From Gammaproteobacteria bacterium (GTDB taxonomy: Bacteria > Pseudomonadota > Gammaproteobacteria > Eutrophobiales > Eutrophobiaceae): 64,000 nucleotides of DNA. The stretch spans positions 4,091 through 68,090 of the forward strand of contig JAURNW010000035.1 in assembly GCA_030829985.1 (NCBI GenBank), given 5' to 3'. Position 1 is the stretch's first letter. Each line of letters opens with the position of its first letter. The notes beneath the pieces were generated by a model. It worked only from the letters and a program-made list of their open reading frames with translations. It was not told the DNA's origin and searched no databases. Below are positions 63,631 through 64,000 of the stretch, piece by piece. Position numbers and translations under genes: made by a program.

Positions 63631-63999
63631 GTGAAACCAACTGTATTACAAATTCTTCCGGAGCTTGATTGTGGCGGTGTTGAGCGGGGCACGCTTGATG
63701 TTGCTTCGGAACTTGTTCGTCGAGGACATCGCTCCATTGTTATTTCCGGGCCAGGCAGGCTTGTTCCAGAATTAATAGATAGCGGCAGTGAGCACATTAA
63801 TTTACCCGTAGGCAAAAAATCTCTGATCAGTGCCGTCACATTAATACCAACGTTACGTAAGCTGTTTGAAGAAGAGCCTATTGATGTCATTCATGCACGC
63901 TCAAGACTACCAGCATGGCTAGCGTATTTGGCCTGGAAAAAGCTCAAGCCTGAGAACAAGCCGATTTTTATCACTACTGTGCACGGCCCCTACACAGTA
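63631..63999 (+). CDS. GT4-family glycosyltransferase (LPS/core biosynthesis-type), 5' partial, runs off the window
   Basis: GTG start. VKPTVLQILPELDCGGVERGTLDVASELVRRGH... is the GT4 N-terminal domain signature. Confidence 0.7.
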   Translation, partial: MKPTVLQILPELDCGGVERGTLDVASELVRRGHRSIVISGPGRLVPELIDSGSEHINLPVGKKSLISAVTLIPTLRKLFEEEPIDVIHARSRLPAWLAYLAWKKLKPENKPIFITTVHGPYTV

Positions 64000-64000
64000 A

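Noticed and set aside
63600-63890. 96-aa ORF on the minus strand
   Set aside because: It is antisense to the clearly homologous GT4 glycosyltransferase N-terminus encoded on the + strand from the GTG at 63631.

Overview
This window is a 64-kb chromosomal stretch of mostly core genes from what looks like a sulfur-oxidising gammaproteobacterium. The organism call is an inference: soxYZ and rhodanese genes are present, the tol-pal, ruvCAB, lpt-rpoN-ptsN and his-tat operons are gamma-type, and I estimate roughly 40-45% GC by eye. Almost the whole window is coding. The genes in order:

- an H+-translocating pyrophosphatase gene (hppA), preceded at the window edge by a truncated second pyrophosphatase fragment;
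- a DNA-deoxyinosine glycosylase gene;
- an alpha/beta-hydrolase gene followed by a JmjC oxygenase gene;
- pfp (pyrophosphate-dependent phosphofructokinase), then a DsbA-like gene, then a SulP-family transporter gene, all on the minus strand;
- a BepA-like M48 protease gene, soxYZ and a CPBP intramembrane protease gene;
- a TupA-like binding protein gene, an outer-membrane channel gene and a ModE-like regulator gene, with no ABC permease or ATPase;
- a GAF-GGDEF signalling gene, a tRNA-Lys(UUU) gene, aspS and nadA;
- ppk2, yebC, ruvCAB and ybgC-tolQRAB-pal-cpoB;
- queE and queC;
- a GFA-family gene, an orphan hypothetical gene and a PaaI thioesterase gene;
- an MltF-like transglycosylase gene with two binding-protein domains, then amgK and murU;
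- yrbG, kdsD, kdsC, lptCAB and rpoN-hpf-ptsN-hprK-rapZ-EIIA(Man)-ptsH-ptsI;
- mgtE, polA, hisAFIE and tatABC;
- a membrane C13 peptidase gene with a rhodanese gene, then ilvE, a zinc-ribbon gene, an ELM1-family gene and a partial GT4 glycosyltransferase gene.

I found no transposase, integrase, CRISPR array, toxin-antitoxin pair or recognisable phage-defence gene, and no self-contained novel system. The observations most worth a second look are listed in the findings. Gene starts I moved away from the ORF track are explained in the evidence fields; note that the track shows GTG and TTG starts as M.
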